Of a DNA stretch of 64,000 nucleotides, positions 59,963 through 64,000 are shown piece after piece; positions within the stretch are counted from its first letter, which is position 1, and each line of letters starts with the position of its first letter. The notes beneath the pieces are model-generated. The model was not told the origin of the DNA. It was given only the letters and a program-made list of their open reading frames with translations, and ran no database searches. Source of the stretch: Eledone cirrhosa (lineage: Eukaryota); assembly GCA_964016885.1 (NCBI GenBank), contig OZ024743.1:56358001-56422000 (forward strand), written 5' to 3'. The position numbers and the translations under genes were made by a program.

Positions 59963-62780
59963 TATATATATACATATATGTATGTATGTTCTTCTGGTTT
60001 TATAATTTCACAAATTTTTGCCAATAGAGAGAGAGTTGGTTTCTAACAGACACAAGACTCTCTCATTGGAATTTACACAACATCAACTAGGTAGATATGT
60101 ATGTCTGCATGCATGCATGTGCAGATATGGATGTTATTGTATGTGTGGATGTGGATGTTTTGAGTTGTATGTGTGCATGTGTATATGCTTAGTATCTGTA
60201 CATGTGTATATGCAGTTATTAGATGCAAAGTTTTTAGAATGTTTTACATATTTTTACAGTTCCATTAATGGATTGTACTTGTAATTTCCTAACTAGTTGT
60301 GTTCTTTCTGTTCCTGTGAAGCCCAGCTTCTCAAGATTTGTATTGAGGCAGTTACTAACATACCCCAGTGCCCTAATGATCACAGGCATAAATCTGAAGG
60401 TGTAATCAGGGTGGAGTATCTGCAGATTTCTCATCAGACTCTCACTCTTACATCCACACATACACACCCACACACTTCCATCTACACACACACACACTTA
60501 CATCTACACATACACACACACTTACATCTACACATACACACACACCTTACCTTCCGCCATTCCCACTTGGACTCTAATTTTCTTGCTCCCCAAATTTGCT
60601 GGCCTTGTGCCTATAGTAGAAATCATTATTACACTTCATATAAGGGCGGTGATTTGGCTGTATCGGTACAAGGTCAGGCGCCATGCTTTGTAGCATGGAA
60701 TTACATCCCTTTACGTTCTAAGTTCAAATCCCGCCGAGGTTAGCTTTGCCTTTCATTCTTACGGGGCCGAAAAAATAAAGTACCAGTAACGCACGGGGAT
60801 AATTGCTGGACTTGTGCCAAAAGTAAAAACAGTTATTACATTTCATTGTTACATTATGCAGAAACATTTCATCTTGACTTCTGTTGAAATAGAATATAAT
60901 TCTGTCTCGTTAAAATGTTCGGCAACCATGTATGAAATCACTATAAATATAGAAGTACTTATAGCTTATAACTGTGGCTGAGTGGTTGTGGCTTGTGGCT
61001 GAGTGGTTAGAGAATTGGATTCGCAATCTTGAGGTTGTGAGTTCGATTCCCGGACCGGACGATGCGTTATGTCCTTGAGCAAGATACTTTATTTCACGCT
61101 GCTCCTTCTACCTTGAGTTGCGACCCATAGATAGTATTAGCAATTGGAAAGACCAATGGAAACATTGTTTCCTCGGTCCGATTTGACGAAAGTCGATCAT
61201 TCCTTATAGCCAAGTAGCTATAGACCAATGAAAATCGTGGGGTCGTGAGTTCGATTGCAGGCGCCACATTGTGTACACTCAGGTCCCAAATAATAGGGGG
61301 GGGGTTAAAATCAGTAATTTTTCTACGTTGTCACCGCCACTACAAGTACAAGTAAGTAGAATTCAACAGATATATGTACTCTTGACGTAATTCGGGAGAT
61401 ACTGAGTACATTCCATCAGTCGGGCTTCCAAACAGTTTCTGTCTACCCAGTTTATTATTATAATTTATTTTATCGACATCCTGAGGATGAAAGACAAAGT
61501 TAAACTCGGCAGGATTTGAACTCAGAACGTAAAGGGCCGTAACTCAATGCTACGAAGCATGGTGTCCGACACTCTGCCGATTCTACTTTTGGCACAAGGC
61601 CAGTGCATTACTGGTACTTTATTTTATCGACCCCGTAAGGATGAAAGGCAAAGTTAACCTGAGTTCAGGTTAACTTTGCCTTATTTCACCCCTCACCCAC
61701 TCCCTACTGTTTAGGGCCCGTGAGTATATTTTAAGTTGTATGGACGCGTATGACCGAATTATTAAATAATTCGCTTTACTATCATTAGATCCCAGTTTTA
61801 TTCCACTGCATGACATTTTGGGAAAATGGCCTTAACTATAACCTCAGGTCGTGAAATTAGGTAGACGGAAACTGTTTGGAAGCCTGACTGATGGACTGTA
61901 CTTGTAATTCAAAGGACAGCCTTGTCACAAACTGTGTTACTCTGTATCTCCCTGAGATACAGAGTACACATATCTGTGTAATACTAATTACTTGTACTTG
62001 TGTCGGCGTTAACGTGGGTGGGTTGAGCCGGACCCATCGAAGGAATTCACGGTTGAGACTCATTTCAATAGAGTTTCTTCGGGTGATTGGTTTCACAAGT
62101 GGTGTCCAGCCGCAAGTATATGCACTTTAAGATAGTGCAATCCAAGCATTGTATCAGTTATAGCAACGAGCTCTCGCTTTCACACCCAACCCAATTTGGT
62201 GGAGCCAGTGTCGCGGCGAGAACATATAGGAAGGACATTTGGCCTGTAGAGGGAATTAACACAACCTATTTGAACCATTTTGTAGGCCAGCAGGAGCTCA
62301 CCCCCACTGTCCAGCTCCTATCTGAGGAATGCTCAGCCAATTACACATTAATTTCATGAGTAGGTTGTTCCGTTAATCGAACAACTGGAACAATAATCGT
62401 CTAAACCGACGGAAGTCCATTTTATATTTTGTGTGATTAAGTTTTTATTTATAAATTTGTTTGCTTTATACTTTACTCTATACAAGAGTACTATCTCTGG
62501 ATTGGCAGTATCGGTAGAGGGTCGGACGCCATGCTTTGACGCATAGAGTTACGGCCCTTGCCATTCTGAGTTCAAATCCCACCGAGGTTAACTTTGCCTT
62601 TCATCCTTACGGGGTCGATAAAATAAAGTACCAGTGATACACTGGTTAATTGCTGGCCTTGTGCCTATATAAGAAACCATTATCTCTACAAATCCATACC
62701 ATATTCATTCACAAAATAATAATTTAAATACAGAACAAAACAAAATGTACCACTCATTATGAATTAGATAAGGACACATG

Positions 62781-62829
<49 letters not shown>

Positions 62830-63383
62830 GGTGGCTTTAAAACATGGTTCTTTAGGATTTCTACTGAAATGTAAGGATATATAAAGGCAAATGTAAATGT
62901 AAAGACGACCAAAGAAAAATTTACGATCCATCGAAGGATATTTATTTTTCAGTGAATTCATCTCAACATTATGCTTTGACGCATAGAGTTACGGCCCTTG
63001 CCATTCTGAGTTCAAATCCCGCTGAGGTTAACTTTGCTTTCATCCTTACGGGGTCGTTAAATAAAGTACCAGTAATTCACTGGAATAATTGCTGGCCTTG
63101 TTCCAAAAGTAGAAACAATTATATTAAACATTCGATTAATCTATTTCAGCTACGCGTTTTTTTTTCAAGAATTTCTAAGAATGGACTTCCGTCGGTTTCG
63201 ACGATGAGTGTTCCAGTTGTTCGCTCAACGAAACAGCCTGCTCGGGAAATTAACGTGCAAGTGGTTGGCCAATCCACAGACACGTATACCTTTAACGTAA
63301 TTCTCAGGGAGATTCAGCGTGACAGTGTGGGACAAGGCTAGCCATTTGCATTACAATTACAGTCTTTTTTTTCTGTTGTAGTA

Positions 63384-63602
63384 TACGAGGAGGTCCTGAA
63401 AAGTTCCTAGCTTTAAGGGTATCGCAGGGCTTGGTTGGAAACCCAACCTTCTGAGTTCTTTTTACAAGGCTTAGAAAAACTGAAGACCCGCTGCAATAAG
63501 TGTGTGAATCTGAGAGGGGAATATGTTGAATAAAATCATAATTAACTGATCCACCTGTATTTTCTTTTACCCACAGCCGGGAACTTTTCCGCACCCCTGG
63601 TA
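63384..63602 (+). mobile_element. Mariner-derived MITE
   Basis: TA-flanked TIRs cgaggaggtcctgaaaagttcc and ggaacttttccgcacccctgg. Internal remnant LQGLEKLKTRCNKCVNLRGEYVE* resembles a mariner transposase C-terminus. Confidence 0.8.
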
Positions 63603-64000
63603 TATGGCTGAATACTCCAGACACGCGTACCTTAAACGTAATTCTAAAAGAGATTTACTTTGACGCAGTGTGTAAAAAGGCTGAACCTTTGCATTACGTT
63701 CAATCAGATGAGCTTTCAATCAGTTTCCGTCTACCCAATTCACTTACGAGGCAGGGATTTACCCGAGACTAAGGTAAACGACACTTACCAAAGATGCAAT
63801 GCTATAAGATTGAACCCAGGAGCTAATGACTGCGAAGCAAGCTTCTTAACCACTCGGCACAAGGCAAGTGGTTTTGTGGGAAGAGAAATATCGATTATAT
63901 GTGAACCGGTACTTGACTGGTACTTTATGTTATCGAACCCGAAAGAATGAAAGGTAGAGTTAACCTCGGCGGGATTTGAATTTAGAACGTAGAACCGGAA

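Noticed and set aside
60995-61060. tRNA genes here and at 49826
   Set aside because: A and B boxes are present, but there is no complete cloverleaf and the sequence continues into a SINE body.

Overview
Repeat-saturated eukaryotic DNA. The SINE families and (TA)n/(CA)n/(GAA)n density suggest a coleoid cephalopod such as Octopus, but this is inference. There is one convincing host gene: an intronless, secreted protein with six sushi/CCP domains at 8298-9776. The rest is mostly mobile DNA: four Penelope-like retroelements (RT plus C-terminal GIY-YIG), four Helitrons (one with an intact Pif1 helicase ORF), fragments of RTE, R4/Dong, CRE and CR1-like LINEs, RTE-derived and tRNA-derived SINEs, a mariner MITE and several satellites. 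The most striking signal is about 18 type I hammerhead-ribozyme motifs read by eye in 64 kb, belonging to many unrelated sequence families. Many have palindromic stem III (dimer-type) or variant cores (U3-A8 covariation, U4C). They sit in PLE pseudo-LTRs and in small non-coding fold-back elements, mostly next to (TA)n tracts. All structures and coordinates were derived manually, so boundaries are approximate.
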